DNA of 62,094 nt from a virus (Duplodnaviria; Caudoviricetes), in the IMG/VR virus record IMGVR_UViG_3300042141_000119, positions 1-62,094 of that record, one strand, 5' to 3'. Made by a program: the position numbers and the translations under genes. This document shows positions 47,492 through 56,791 of the stretch, piece after piece. How positions within the stretch are numbered: the first letter of the stretch is position 1; the number at the start of each line of letters is the position of its first letter. A model generated the notes under the pieces. That model was given only the letters and a program-made list of their open reading frames with translations. It was not told the DNA's origin and did not search any database.

Positions 47492-48406
47492 GCCTAGCCT
47501 CGCCAGCAACGCACGCAGCGTAGCCGCCGCCTGCCTCTGCTCACGAGCGTATCCTCCCAGATCGCCGCGAAGCGGCCCCTCCAGTTGGCGTTCGATTGCG
47601 AACATCCCTGCGACAATCGCCTCGCGTTCATCACTTGTCAGCCGCCCCCATAGCCGCAGGCGTTCGATCTCAACAGCGGCTTCATGGCAGGCCCAGTATT
47701 GATCCTCGTCATCGGTGCCGAGCCAACCGGCGTTCGCCTGACGCAGGCGGCGAATGATACACCGATCCTGTGATGTACCCTCGCCATGTGTAGCGTGCGG
47801 CTCGGGTGTAGATGCGACAGCCTGCGGGCTATCAGTTTCGCTGCCTGCGACAGGCGAAAGTGTATCGCCGGTGCCCTCGCCGGGTCGGGTGGCCGCTTTA
47901 TCAGCGCGGTCCCTGTCGGCGTCTGTACGGGCTTTCGCCGCCGGCGCGGCGTCATGAGTTGTCTCCCACTCTGGACGCACCCTGACGAGCAGCGACCGCA
48001 GGATGCCGTAGTCATCCATGCAGGCGATGCGGCCTTCGACCACAACGTATTCCAGCGCGTCGATCTCGGCTTCGGATAGTCGCGTTCTGGAATCTGGAAT
48101 ACTAAGCCCCTCGCCTTTCGACGGTGGGCCATCTGTCTCCACGCATGGTGGAGCAGTCTGTGTGTTGCCAGTGACCTCACCGCACCGACTAGCCGTACCG
48201 GGATTCTCCAGTTCGGACGCCGCATGAAGCGAGTTTTCGTCGGGGGTGCTGACTATCGCCGCTGGCACGGCGTCATGAGTTGCGGCAGAAACCTCTGCCC
48301 GTTTGTTTTTCGGCATCGGTTCCGTAACAGGCACCGTTTCGCGGCTCTCTGCTGCACCGTTTCGCTCGCGGAGCATGGCGTCGGCGTATTGGTCGCGGTC
48401 AGTCAT
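47489..48406 (-). CDS. Mosaic hypothetical protein with repeated modules
   Basis: THDA.PAA twice, (G/V)TG(D/N)T twice, ends LRALLARLG; stop in the R' box of attC3. Confidence 0.6.
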   Translation of the reverse strand: MTDRDQYADAMLRERNGAAESRETVPVTEPMPKNKRAEVSAATHDAVPAAIVSTPDENSLHAASELENPGTASRCGEVTGNTQTAPPCVETDGPPSKGEGLSIPDSRTRLSEAEIDALEYVVVEGRIACMDDYGILRSLLVRVRPEWETTHDAAPAAKARTDADRDRADKAATRPGEGTGDTLSPVAGSETDSPQAVASTPEPHATHGEGTSQDRCIIRRLRQANAGWLGTDDEDQYWACHEAAVEIERLRLWGRLTSDEREAIVAGMFAIERQLEGPLRGDLGGYAREQRQAAATLRALLARLG

Positions 48407-48573
48407 GATTCGATCTCCGGTATTTCCTGTCTGGGCGACAACCCGCACAGCCCACGCAGGCGGGCGTTCTCGGCCCGCAGACGCTCAATCTCGTTCGCAG
48501 CGGCCTCCGCCAGCGGGTCGCGGAACTTCGACGAGTACGAGCGGTCACGGAGTCGGTCAACGATGTCCGTCAT
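48403..48573 (-). CDS. Small hypothetical protein (MTDIVDRLR...AANEIERLR)
   Basis: Manual translation; ATGA coupling. Confidence 0.6.
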   Translation of the reverse strand: MTDIVDRLRDRSYSSKFRDPLAEAAANEIERLRAENARLRGLCGLSPRQEIPEIES

Positions 48574-48575
48574 GG

Positions 48576-48836
48576 CTACTCCAAGAAAGACGCTGGCCTC
48601 GCGGGGGGCGTCACAGCCACGACCCCAACAGCCAGCAGAATCCCGGCAACAAACGACACCAGCAGAATGACGGCCACACGCCTCATGCGGGCCATCTCTG
48701 CCTCGAACGCCAAGTCAACCTCCCGGCGCAGCCCCTCGCCGTGAACGGCCCTCAGGAACGCACCAGCGGCCTCCTGCGAGGTGGGCATCCTTTCCCACTC
48801 CGCAGAGGTCTTTGTGTCCGCCTGACGGGCTTCCAT
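48576..48836 (-). CDS. Small membrane protein
   Basis: C-terminal hydrophobic segment; TGATG coupling. Confidence 0.55.
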   Translation of the reverse strand: MEARQADTKTSAEWERMPTSQEAAGAFLRAVHGEGLRREVDLAFEAEMARMRRVAVILLVSFVAGILLAVGVVAVTPPARPASFLE

Positions 48837-49210
48837 CAGAACGGGATTACGTCGTCAACTTCCGACACGCCAGCCGCCACCGGCACGCGGTCCTTCGCAG
48901 CCCACCGCAGGCTCTTGCCAACCTCATCGGCCAGCAGCCGCAGCGACGAGCCCTGAGTGCCGTCCTTCTTCTGGTACGTCTCCAGAGACAGCCTGCCCGT
49001 GACGACCACCCGGTCGCCCTTCTTGAGCGACTGGGAGACAACGTCCGCCTGCTCCTCGAAGCAGGCCACATCCACCCACGTTGTCTGGCCGTCCTGGCCC
49101 TCACGCTTCACGGTCGAGGCGACGGAGAACGAAAGCATCGCCTTCCCGTTCCGGGTGGTGCGAAGCTCGCCAACCTTGCCGACGTTGCCCGTAATTGTGG
49201 CCGAAATCAT
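48836..49210 (-). CDS. ssb: Single-stranded DNA-binding protein
   Basis: ITGNVG...LRTT.NG...FSVA...W....KGDRV.V.GRL; DDVIPF tail. Confidence 0.92.
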   Translation of the reverse strand: MISATITGNVGKVGELRTTRNGKAMLSFSVASTVKREGQDGQTTWVDVACFEEQADVVSQSLKKGDRVVVTGRLSLETYQKKDGTQGSSLRLLADEVGKSLRWAAKDRVPVAAGVSEVDDVIPF

Positions 49211-49261
49211 GCGGAAATCCTTTCCTGTGAAGTTGCTGAACGCCCGTACAGAATAGCGCCG

Positions 49262-49966
49262 CTACGAATGTGAGTCAACTGTTTTTCGAGGAGGACGGCC
49301 GCGCCGTAACGTGACGCCCTGCTCGCGAAGCAGTCGGCGCGCTGTAGCCACGCAGCAGCCAATCGCAGAGGCTACCTGACAGACGCGCTTGCCTTCGTCG
49401 TGAAGCCTCCTCGCCAATTCGCGACCGGCTTGCTTAGGCCGTCCTCGAACGCCACGACTAATCCGAATTGCCGGAGGGCTACGACGCTCGCCACGCGCCA
49501 CAGCAGCCTCGTGCTCCATGATCTTCCGCTTGGCCTCGCCGTAAGCGGCAGAAGCCTGCTCGACTGTCGAGAACACCCCCAAATACAGAGTTTTATTGCG
49601 GTGACTTATGCAAGCCCCGTATGGGGAAACTCCCGAAAGGCGATTGAGGTAGACGCCCGGCGGAATCGGCTTCGACCGCATCTTTGGCACGGTGCAGTTG
49701 TGGGCGTTCAACGACAGCGTTGTCGCCCGCAGATTGCACAGCCGGTTGTCCGTTCGGTCCCCGTTGATGTGGTCGATATAGCGAGGAACGCTCCCGTCGC
49801 CGTACTCCCATGCCCACACAAGGCGGTGCATCGACACCCACCGCGTCCGCTTGCCATCGCTCCAAGCGTGACGGACGTATCCGCCAGCAGACTTCTGCCA
49901 CGACATCCGCTGCAAGCGGGCCGCGAACTTCTCGTCGTACTTCACCGGCAGGTCTGTGATGTCCAT
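49262..49966 (-). CDS. HNH-AP2 homing endonuclease
   Basis: MHRL...IDHINGDRTDNR..NLR; YLGVF.T.EQA..AY AP2-like; C-terminal HTH. Confidence 0.8.
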   Translation of the reverse strand: MDITDLPVKYDEKFAARLQRMSWQKSAGGYVRHAWSDGKRTRWVSMHRLVWAWEYGDGSVPRYIDHINGDRTDNRLCNLRATTLSLNAHNCTVPKMRSKPIPPGVYLNRLSGVSPYGACISHRNKTLYLGVFSTVEQASAAYGEAKRKIMEHEAAVARGERRSPPAIRISRGVRGRPKQAGRELARRLHDEGKRVCQVASAIGCCVATARRLLREQGVTLRRGRPPRKTVDSHS

Positions 49967-50485
49967 GCCGCTGATTGTCGGTGCGGAAAATGATGTAGAT
50001 AGTCATGGGAGCTTGGGAACGACCTGTTTCTGGAAACTTTTGGCGGGGGGAATGTAAGTAAGTGCGTTCGCACGCGGGGGGGCTCGGGGGCCGGTCCCTC
50101 GCGTGCGTTCCATCTACCCGCCGCAAAAGGACTTCCGTTTCACGCTTGCGACCGATAGCGGGAAACGGCCTGCCGAAACCCTTGTTTTCTCCGGTCCATC
50201 CCCTCTGCGGAGTCTGTCTTGTGTCAGCACGGAGACGACGAGTGATCGTCACTGTGACTGACACGGAGTCCCTGCCATGCACCGCCTCGTTCGACACTGC
50301 ATCCGTTCCTTCGATGCCCGCTACGCCATGTTCCTTGTCATCCACAATGGCGACACTTGGCGGGCTCTCGATTCGGCACTGATCGCAAGCGTGCCGATCC
50401 GCTGATTCCGCCTCTGCGGAGTCTGTCTTTTGTCGGCACCACGTTGGTGCTGGCTGTCCCGTGTCTCTCACTGATGGAGTGTTCC

Positions 50486-50608
50486 ATGTTTCGCCGCCTG
50501 TCGTTCCACGAGATTTACAACACGATCCACGCTCACGAGTCGTGGCGGTGGGATCGCTGGGACTGTCTGTGGGTTTCGCTGGCAGTCTACGTCGATTCGA
50601 TGCCGTGA
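50486..50608 (+). CDS. Small hypothetical protein
   Basis: GGAG RBS; followed by the motif. Confidence 0.45.
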   Translation: MFRRLSFHEIYNTIHAHESWRWDRWDCLWVSLAVYVDSMP

Positions 50609-50714
50609 ATCGCCGCTGCGGAGTCTGGATGGTAGCGGGGCTTGCTTCGGCTTCCCCGCCTCCACCCGCACTTCGCGGGACTGTTCGGTTGTTCTTTCAC
50701 TGAGGAGATTTCCC

Positions 50715-51164
50715 ATGACTGTTGCTGACATGAAGGCCGCTGTTGCTCTTGCCGTCGAGCAGGTTCTCGGACTGGTTCAGGCGGACGCGGCACCTCCGGC
50801 CCCTGCGGTGGACCCGACTCCCGCACCCGTGCGGAAGCGCAAGGGCAATCCCGAAGCCCTCAAGCGTTGGCGCGACGAGCAGAAGGCCGCGAAGGCGAGC
50901 GGCACGGCCAAGCCCGCGAAGGCCGCGAAGCCTGCGGCACGGCCCGCTGCGGAGTCGAAGAAGCAGACCCCGAAGCCCGGAACGTGGACGGTCAAGAAGC
51001 ACACCACGCAGAAGGGCGTGGAAGGCAAGATCGTCACCGTCGGGCCGTTCTCCGCGTGGCTCCCGACTGGCGATGCCGAGAAGGAACAGGCCGCCATCGA
51101 CGCGATCAACCTCGTGTTCCGCTCGACTGCGGCCGTCGATCTTGCGAAGGCCATTCGGGCCTAG
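50715..51164 (+). CDS. Lys/Ala/Pro-rich protein (possible DNA-binding)
   Basis: GAGGAG RBS; AKPAKAAKPA repeats. Confidence 0.7.
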   Translation: MTVADMKAAVALAVEQVLGLVQADAAPPAPAVDPTPAPVRKRKGNPEALKRWRDEQKAAKASGTAKPAKAAKPAARPAAESKKQTPKPGTWTVKKHTTQKGVEGKIVTVGPFSAWLPTGDAEKEQAAIDAINLVFRSTAAVDLAKAIRA

Positions 51165-51280
51165 TCGCTGCGGAGTCTGACTGACGACGGCTCACACGAC
51201 GCACCCTGTCGGCTCACGCTGGCAGGGTGTTCGCCTGCGCCGTTGCAGGAGTTCGTTTCCACCAACAGGAGAGTATCGCT

Positions 51281-51526
51281 ATGGCATCTGTGCCGACGTA
51301 CACGCCCGAAGATGCACCGCAGTGGGTCCGCGATGTAGTCGAGAACCTTCAACGCGAACACGACAAGCGCGTCGAGGAGTACACGAAGCTGGAGGATGCG
51401 CTTCCACGCGGACGCGAGAGGGACGCGATCCTCTTTGCGGCCAACACCCTCCGCGACACCGGGCACCCGCGCGATGCAAACATCCTTGAGCTTTACATGG
51501 AGCGGCTGGTCACGTTCGACGGCTGA
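51281..51526 (+). CDS. Hypothetical protein
   Basis: AGGAG RBS. Confidence 0.65.
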   Translation: MASVPTYTPEDAPQWVRDVVENLQREHDKRVEEYTKLEDALPRGRERDAILFAANTLRDTGHPRDANILELYMERLVTFDG

Positions 51527-51590
51527 CCGCTGTGGAGTCTGGGATACGGGGCAGGACTGACACTGCCCCCAATCCTGCACTCGCAGGCTG

Positions 51591-51624
51591 CACCCATCGC
51601 ACGTTGCGGTGGGTGTTTTTGTTT
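51591..51624 (+). terminator. Intrinsic terminator-like hairpin
   Basis: CACCCATCGCA/TGCGGTGGGTG stem plus T-run. Confidence 0.6.
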
Positions 51625-51648
51625 CCACGTTTCCATGAGGAGTTTCCC

Positions 51649-51882
51649 ATGACCCATCGTGACATCACAGCCGTTCGCAACAGCACGGGCCGCGTCGAGG
51701 CCGCAGTGTTCCCCGCAGACGGAGGCTTCTACTTCCTCGACGTTCGCTCTGACGCCCCGCCGGTCGGCCCGTTCCCCACGCGGGAGCGTGCGGCTGCGTC
51801 CGCCGACATCAACGTCGAACTCGACCGGGAACTGGACCGGATGCTGACGCCGATGGTCGGCAAGGACCGCTGCGTCCGCTGA
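51649..51882 (+). CDS. Hypothetical protein
   Basis: GAGGAG RBS; GPFPTRE motif. Confidence 0.6.
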   Translation: MTHRDITAVRNSTGRVEAAVFPADGGFYFLDVRSDAPPVGPFPTRERAAASADINVELDRELDRMLTPMVGKDRCVR

Positions 51883-51894
51883 AAGGAGCAACCC

Positions 51895-52083
51895 ATGATC
51901 GTCAAGGTCGAACAGTGCTACTGCGGTCACGACAAGTACCGGTTTCGACTGACGCTGCCAGACGGCAAGCGTGAGTTTGTGCCGGGCCGCGAGTGGACCC
52001 GCACAGTGGCGACGGACGCACTCAACGTACTGGAGCGTGTCTACGGAGCCAGACGTTCCCGCATCCGCTTTCGGCACGTTTAG
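51895..52083 (+). CDS. Hypothetical protein
   Basis: AAGGAG RBS. Confidence 0.65.
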   Translation: MIVKVEQCYCGHDKYRFRLTLPDGKREFVPGREWTRTVATDALNVLERVYGARRSRIRFRHV

Positions 52084-52168
52084 CCGCTGCGGAGTCTGAC
52101 TTTTGCGAACGGGGCCAGTCGTCATGGTGGCGGCTGGCCCCGTCGCGTTTCACACGAGGAGGTTCTCG

Positions 52169-52486
52169 ATGATCGCTGCTGTTGAGCCCCGCGAATACTG
52201 CCTGTCACGCACTGGCGTGATCCAGAATCCGGGCATGTTCGAGGGGTGCATGTTGTGGGTGCCGTACTTCTGGGACATCGCCCTCGACGGTCTGTACGAC
52301 GAGCTTCCGGGCGGCGTCCTGTCAGTGACGGTCGAGAAAGAGGACAAGGACTACTTCGCCTCTCTCGTGCGGGACAACCGCGATCCCACGCTCGACCAGC
52401 CCCTGCGGGAAGTGGCCCGCATGATCCGCCGCCGCCGACGCATCCGCCTTGTGCAGCGTGACGACGGCTTCGTCTGCGAAGCGTAG
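52169..52486 (+). CDS. Hypothetical protein
   Basis: GAGGAGG RBS. Confidence 0.65.
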   Translation: MIAAVEPREYCLSRTGVIQNPGMFEGCMLWVPYFWDIALDGLYDELPGGVLSVTVEKEDKDYFASLVRDNRDPTLDQPLREVARMIRRRRRIRLVQRDDGFVCEA

Positions 52487-52571
52487 CGGAAATCACCGCT
52501 GCGGAGTCTTGATTCTGGCCGTCGGCGCGTTGCCGTCGGCTGTCCCTTGTCCCTGTTTCTGAGGAGCTTCT

Positions 52572-52739
52572 ATGCGCACGAAGATTGCCAACACGATCCG
52601 TTTCATTCGCCTCTCCGACGCCGCCCGCAAGCTGGGGGCACAGTCCAAGCGTCAGTTCGTGGCCGACTTCCGCACGCTCACCAACAAGGAGCGACGCGAG
52701 ATCGCGGAACTCCTGAGTGAGAAGGAGGGCCGACAGTGA
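52572..52739 (+). CDS. Small hypothetical protein (MRTKIANTIRF...)
   Basis: GAGGAG RBS; manual translation; GTGA coupling. Confidence 0.55.
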   Translation: MRTKIANTIRFIRLSDAARKLGAQSKRQFVADFRTLTNKERREIAELLSEKEGRQ

Positions 52740-52972
52740 AGGCCAGCTACGAGGCGATGCGGCACGGCCTGCGGATGCTGCGGTCACACTTTGCCGTCCT
52801 TTCGGGCGAAGAGATGGGCCCATCGCAGTCATCGTGGCAGGACGTAGCCGCAGACTGTGCCGCAACGCTGCGGCAACTGGCGGAACTGCTCGATGCGGCA
52901 CGCGACGGGAAGGCCGAACCCTTCCTTGTGTTCCCGTCGCTGGACGACTTGGACGGGGAGGCTGACGCATGA
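52736..52972 (+). CDS. Hypothetical protein
   Basis: ORF track; coupled. Confidence 0.55.
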   Translation: MKASYEAMRHGLRMLRSHFAVLSGEEMGPSQSSWQDVAADCAATLRQLAELLDAARDGKAEPFLVFPSLDDLDGEADA

Positions 52973-53181
52973 GGTACGACGTTCTGTCGCCCGATGGAAT
53001 CTCAATCCATCACGAGGACACCTACCCAAGCCGTGCCGCTGCGGAGTCTGCACTGCGGGAGTGGGCCAAGAGGTTCGAGTTTCAAGGCTTTTATTCCACG
53101 AGTCGGCGGGAGCGTATCCCGCTGGACGAACTGCCCGGCAGGTGCCGGATCGTGGAAGCAGCCACAGATGACGACGACTGA
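52969..53181 (+). CDS. Hypothetical protein
   Basis: ORF track; coupled. Confidence 0.6.
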   Translation: MRYDVLSPDGISIHHEDTYPSRAAAESALREWAKRFEFQGFYSTSRRERIPLDELPGRCRIVEAATDDDD

Positions 53182-53221
53182 TCGTCGCGGCGGATAGCCG
53201 CTGCGGAGTCTGGTTTTTGCA

Positions 53222-53255
53222 GGGCCGTCCCAACGTGGGGCGGCCTTTTCTTTTT
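53222..53255 (+). terminator. Intrinsic terminator-like hairpin
   Basis: GGCCGTCCCA/TGGGGCGGCC stem plus TTTTCTTTTT. Confidence 0.6.
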
Positions 53256-53274
53256 CACCACTGAGGTACGAGCG

Positions 53275-54405
53275 ATGCCAACTGAGGAACAGTACGACGA
53301 GAACGGGTGGGACGCACTCGGCCGCCACAGAGACACGGGAAACACTTACGACCCGGATGGCTACGACATCGACGGCAACAGCCGATGCGACAACGGCGAC
53401 TGCGACGACGACACCTGCGAACGCTGCCACCCGGAGCCGGAGCCGGAGCCAGAGGACGACGAGACGTTCGATGAACAGCTGCACGCTTACAACGCGAAGG
53501 CCACCGACATTCACGGCTGGTTCTACGCCCCGATGCGGCTGGCAAACGGCGGCTGGTCAGCGGACAGAACGCTGTACGCAGGCCACGAGATTGAGATGTA
53601 CTCGGACAACGAGGACTATGACGACGTTCTGACAGTCCTTCGCCAGCTTGACACGCCGTACCGAAACCTCAACCCGCAGACGCGAACGAACCGCTGTGCG
53701 ATTGCCAAGCACGACGGCTCGCTCGACGTTCAAGACGGCGGCTTCGAGGCCGTGACCGTGCCGCTCACACGGGCACAGACCTACGGCATCTTCGAGTCGT
53801 TCAAGATCGTCGGCGACGGCAACTGCTCGGCGTGGAACATGGGCAACGAGGTGGGGCATCACATCCACCTGTCTCGTGCAGCCATCGGCCCGCTGACGCT
53901 CGGCAAGCTGCTCGTGTTCGCCAATGCGGACGCCAATCAGAGGTTCGTGGAGCGTGTGGCCTGCCGCCCGGCAGAGTTCAACGGCTTCTCCTCGAAGAAG
54001 CTGACTGACGCCATGCGGGAGGAGCCGAACGGCGACAGGTACGAGGTCATCAACGTGACCACGCACACGGTCGAGTTCCGCATGTTCAAGTCGAACCTCA
54101 TGACCAGAGCGATCCTCAAGAACTACGAGTTCGCCGTGTCGCTCACGCGGTACTGCGAGCAAGTGACGCACGGCATGGACACAGAGCCGGAGTGGAGCAG
54201 CCACCCGCTGCACTACTTGCAGTACCGGCGATGGGTCGCGGAACACCACGCCGAGTATCCGTACCTGCACCAGTTCTTCCTGGCTCACCCGTCAATGAGC
54301 CAGAACTACCGCTCCAGCAAGGGGCTCAAGGCCAACGCCATCCCGAAGGATCGCAGCCCCAAGTTCGCGTTCATCCGCACGCTGTCGGCCGCTGGCGGTG
54401 CCTGA
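53275..54405 (+). CDS. Putative amidoligase (COOH-NH2 ligase type)
   Basis: GHEIE, KHDGSL, GFEAVT, GHHIH, RY..IN, TVEFRMF. Confidence 0.8.
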   Translation: MPTEEQYDENGWDALGRHRDTGNTYDPDGYDIDGNSRCDNGDCDDDTCERCHPEPEPEPEDDETFDEQLHAYNAKATDIHGWFYAPMRLANGGWSADRTLYAGHEIEMYSDNEDYDDVLTVLRQLDTPYRNLNPQTRTNRCAIAKHDGSLDVQDGGFEAVTVPLTRAQTYGIFESFKIVGDGNCSAWNMGNEVGHHIHLSRAAIGPLTLGKLLVFANADANQRFVERVACRPAEFNGFSSKKLTDAMREEPNGDRYEVINVTTHTVEFRMFKSNLMTRAILKNYEFAVSLTRYCEQVTHGMDTEPEWSSHPLHYLQYRRWVAEHHAEYPYLHQFFLAHPSMSQNYRSSKGLKANAIPKDRSPKFAFIRTLSAAGGA

Positions 54406-54445
54406 CACTCTTCCACCACCAACCACCCACACAGGAGACACACGC

Positions 54446-55291
54446 ATGTGCCTTGCAATCTACAAGCCCGCCGACACCGCCCCTGACTGGACCGCCTACG
54501 AGAACGGCCACCTACAGAACAGCGACTCGTGGGGGTTTGCCGCAGTCGTTGACGGACAGATCGTCACGCGATGCGGCATCGGGAAGTTCACAGAGTTCCG
54601 CGAAGCCTTCGAGCCGTATGCCGACAAGCAGGCCATCATTCACTTCCGATGGGCCACGCACGGCAAGAAGGACGAGGCGAACTGCCACCCGTTCATGGTC
54701 AGTGCGCACCTCGCCATGATCCACAACGGTGTCATCCGCATCAAGTGCGACGAGAACCCGTCCATGTCTGACACTTGGCACTTCAATGAACTGGTTCTCA
54801 AGCCGATGCACGAGCGCGACCCCGACTTCTACGGTCGGCCCGATGTCATCTTCTCGCAGGAACTGGCACACGACAGCAGCAAGTTCGTGTTCCTGCGGGC
54901 CGACGGCGACTACCAAATCTGGAACGCCGATGACGGGGAGTGGGAGCGCGACGGCCACTGGTACAGCAACGACTCCTACGAGGGCTACGGGATGCGGGGT
55001 GCCAGCCGGTCGGCGTCAACCACAAAGAGCAGCATCGGCTTCGATGCAGCCATCCGCTCAGACGCACCGACTTCGCGGTACGACGACGAGGACGAGAAGC
55101 TGTGGCGACGCGAGGCTGAGGCTGTCTGCGTGTCTGCCGGTTACTACGACGAGGATGCGGACGAGACAGACCACTACACGCAGATTCGCATTGACGATCT
55201 TCGGACGTACGGAATGTCGGAGTCTGCCATCGAGGAAGTCCTCAAGATTTTCGGGGCGTGTGGCCTCGAAGCACTGCACGACGCTTACTGA
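54446..55291 (+). CDS. Class II (Ntn) glutamine amidotransferase
   Basis: MC start, N.D.WG, HFRWATHG, CHPF, HNG, SDT. Confidence 0.85.
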   Translation: MCLAIYKPADTAPDWTAYENGHLQNSDSWGFAAVVDGQIVTRCGIGKFTEFREAFEPYADKQAIIHFRWATHGKKDEANCHPFMVSAHLAMIHNGVIRIKCDENPSMSDTWHFNELVLKPMHERDPDFYGRPDVIFSQELAHDSSKFVFLRADGDYQIWNADDGEWERDGHWYSNDSYEGYGMRGASRSASTTKSSIGFDAAIRSDAPTSRYDDEDEKLWRREAEAVCVSAGYYDEDADETDHYTQIRIDDLRTYGMSESAIEEVLKIFGACGLEALHDAY

Positions 55292-55301
55292 TGGAGCAGG
55301 C

Positions 55302-55520
55302 ATGGGCGCGTTCTGGTTTCACTACAACAAGCCCGCATCGCGGGCGGCGGGCCATCCGGTAATGACGGTCCACCACAGGGACGCCTGCATCTTGGTTCGC
55401 AAGATCGTGTGTTCGGTCCCGGTGCGTAGCCGGGAGCGCAGGACACAGCCCCATGTCGTGATCGCTGGCAGAGGACTCGTCCGCATCGCTGGCGACACGG
55501 CATACATCGAGAAGGAATGA
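55302..55520 (+). CDS. Hypothetical protein (FWFHYNKPAS...)
   Basis: GGAG RBS; in frame in ORF track. Confidence 0.65.
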   Translation: MGAFWFHYNKPASRAAGHPVMTVHHRDACILVRKIVCSVPVRSRERRTQPHVVIAGRGLVRIAGDTAYIEKE

Positions 55521-55612
55521 CTGGCGAACGGCGGGGATTTCCCGCTGCGGAGTCTGGTTAGTAGCGGCCGGTGGCATGGTGCCATCGGCCTTTCTCTTTT
55601 CTGGAGGTTCAC

Positions 55613-56353
55613 ATGAAGATTCCTGCGTTCATCAAACGACTGGCGGCAGTGTGCGACAGGGAGTCGGCACGGTTCGCACTCGGCGGCGTCAAGTGCGAGA
55701 GCGATGGCAAGACCGCCAAGCTCACGGCAACAGACGGCCGCATCCTTGCCACTGTTCACTGGAAGGACGACGACCCGGCGACGGTGGACATGGTTGCCGA
55801 CGCTCGGCAACTCTCGTCGCTCCCAGCGAAGGCTTTCCTGCATCCGAAGGGCGTGTGGTTCGACGGCTCGACGCTGCGAGCCACCGTCGGGACGGACAAG
55901 ACTGCCACAAAGGTCGATGCAATCGACGGCAGGTTCCCGCAGTACGAGAAAGTCATGGGCATCCATGACGACCCGGCCGGGTACGTCTCCGTCAGGCTGG
56001 ACGCCGCCCTTCTCGGCAAGCTGTGCGACCTGTCGCACGCCATGAACGACGACCAGCACAAGGACAAGGGGCTGACGCTGTTCGTGAAGGATCAGCAGTC
56101 GTGCGTGTTCGCAACCACCGTCAGCGAGGACGGGCAGCACGTTGCCCGCTTCGCCATCATGCCGCTGGCGGCAGACGACGGCAGCTACAAGCACGTTTTC
56201 CCGGCCCGACCCGGTGCGGAGTCTGGGAATGGGGAGCCGCAGCCAGCCCCGCCGCCGGAGCTCATGGACGGTGACGCCATCGCAGAGGCGGTGACCCGCG
56301 AGCCCGAGCCGCTCGGCTCTCTCGTGGAGGACGGAAACCTAGCCGCAGTCTGA
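55613..56353 (+). CDS. DNA polymerase III beta-clamp-like protein (partial)
   Basis: ESARFALGGV, ATDGRIL, GRFPQYEKV, IMPL. Confidence 0.65.
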   Translation: MKIPAFIKRLAAVCDRESARFALGGVKCESDGKTAKLTATDGRILATVHWKDDDPATVDMVADARQLSSLPAKAFLHPKGVWFDGSTLRATVGTDKTATKVDAIDGRFPQYEKVMGIHDDPAGYVSVRLDAALLGKLCDLSHAMNDDQHKDKGLTLFVKDQQSCVFATTVSEDGQHVARFAIMPLAADDGSYKHVFPARPGAESGNGEPQPAPPPELMDGDAIAEAVTREPEPLGSLVEDGNLAAV

Positions 56354-56504
56354 CCGCTGCGGAGTCTTAGTTGCAAGGGAGGGCAACTCAATGTCACACG
56401 GATGGACACACACGGAGATCGAACTGTTCCTGCTCATGTCGCTGGTGTTCATGAAAGCACTGGCCGTATGGGCACACCTCGACTGACACGCAAGGAGGAA
56501 GCAC

Positions 56505-56783
56505 ATGCCGGAACTGTCGCCACGACAGCGAGACATGCTGGAGTTCATCGCCCGCAGCACTGAGGCGAACGGATACCAGCCGTCGTACGCGGAGATCGCC
56601 AAGCACTTCGGGTGGGCCAGCCGTGCTTACTGCTCGGCCATCACGCGAAGGCTGGCGAAGCTGGGAGTCGCACGCAACAAGGGCATGAGAGCCCTGTCGT
56701 TCGACTGGAAGTCTTACCTCGACAGCGGAGGCGGTCGTCGTCCGACCGCTCGCACCCGCCGTCGCCACCCCATTGCGCTATAG
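56505..56783 (+). CDS. LexA-like winged-helix DNA-binding protein (no peptidase domain)
   Basis: LSPRQ..ML.FI.....GYQPSY.EIA..FG..S. Confidence 0.8.
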   Translation: MPELSPRQRDMLEFIARSTEANGYQPSYAEIAKHFGWASRAYCSAITRRLAKLGVARNKGMRALSFDWKSYLDSGGGRRPTARTRRRHPIAL

Positions 56784-56791
56784 GTGAACCG

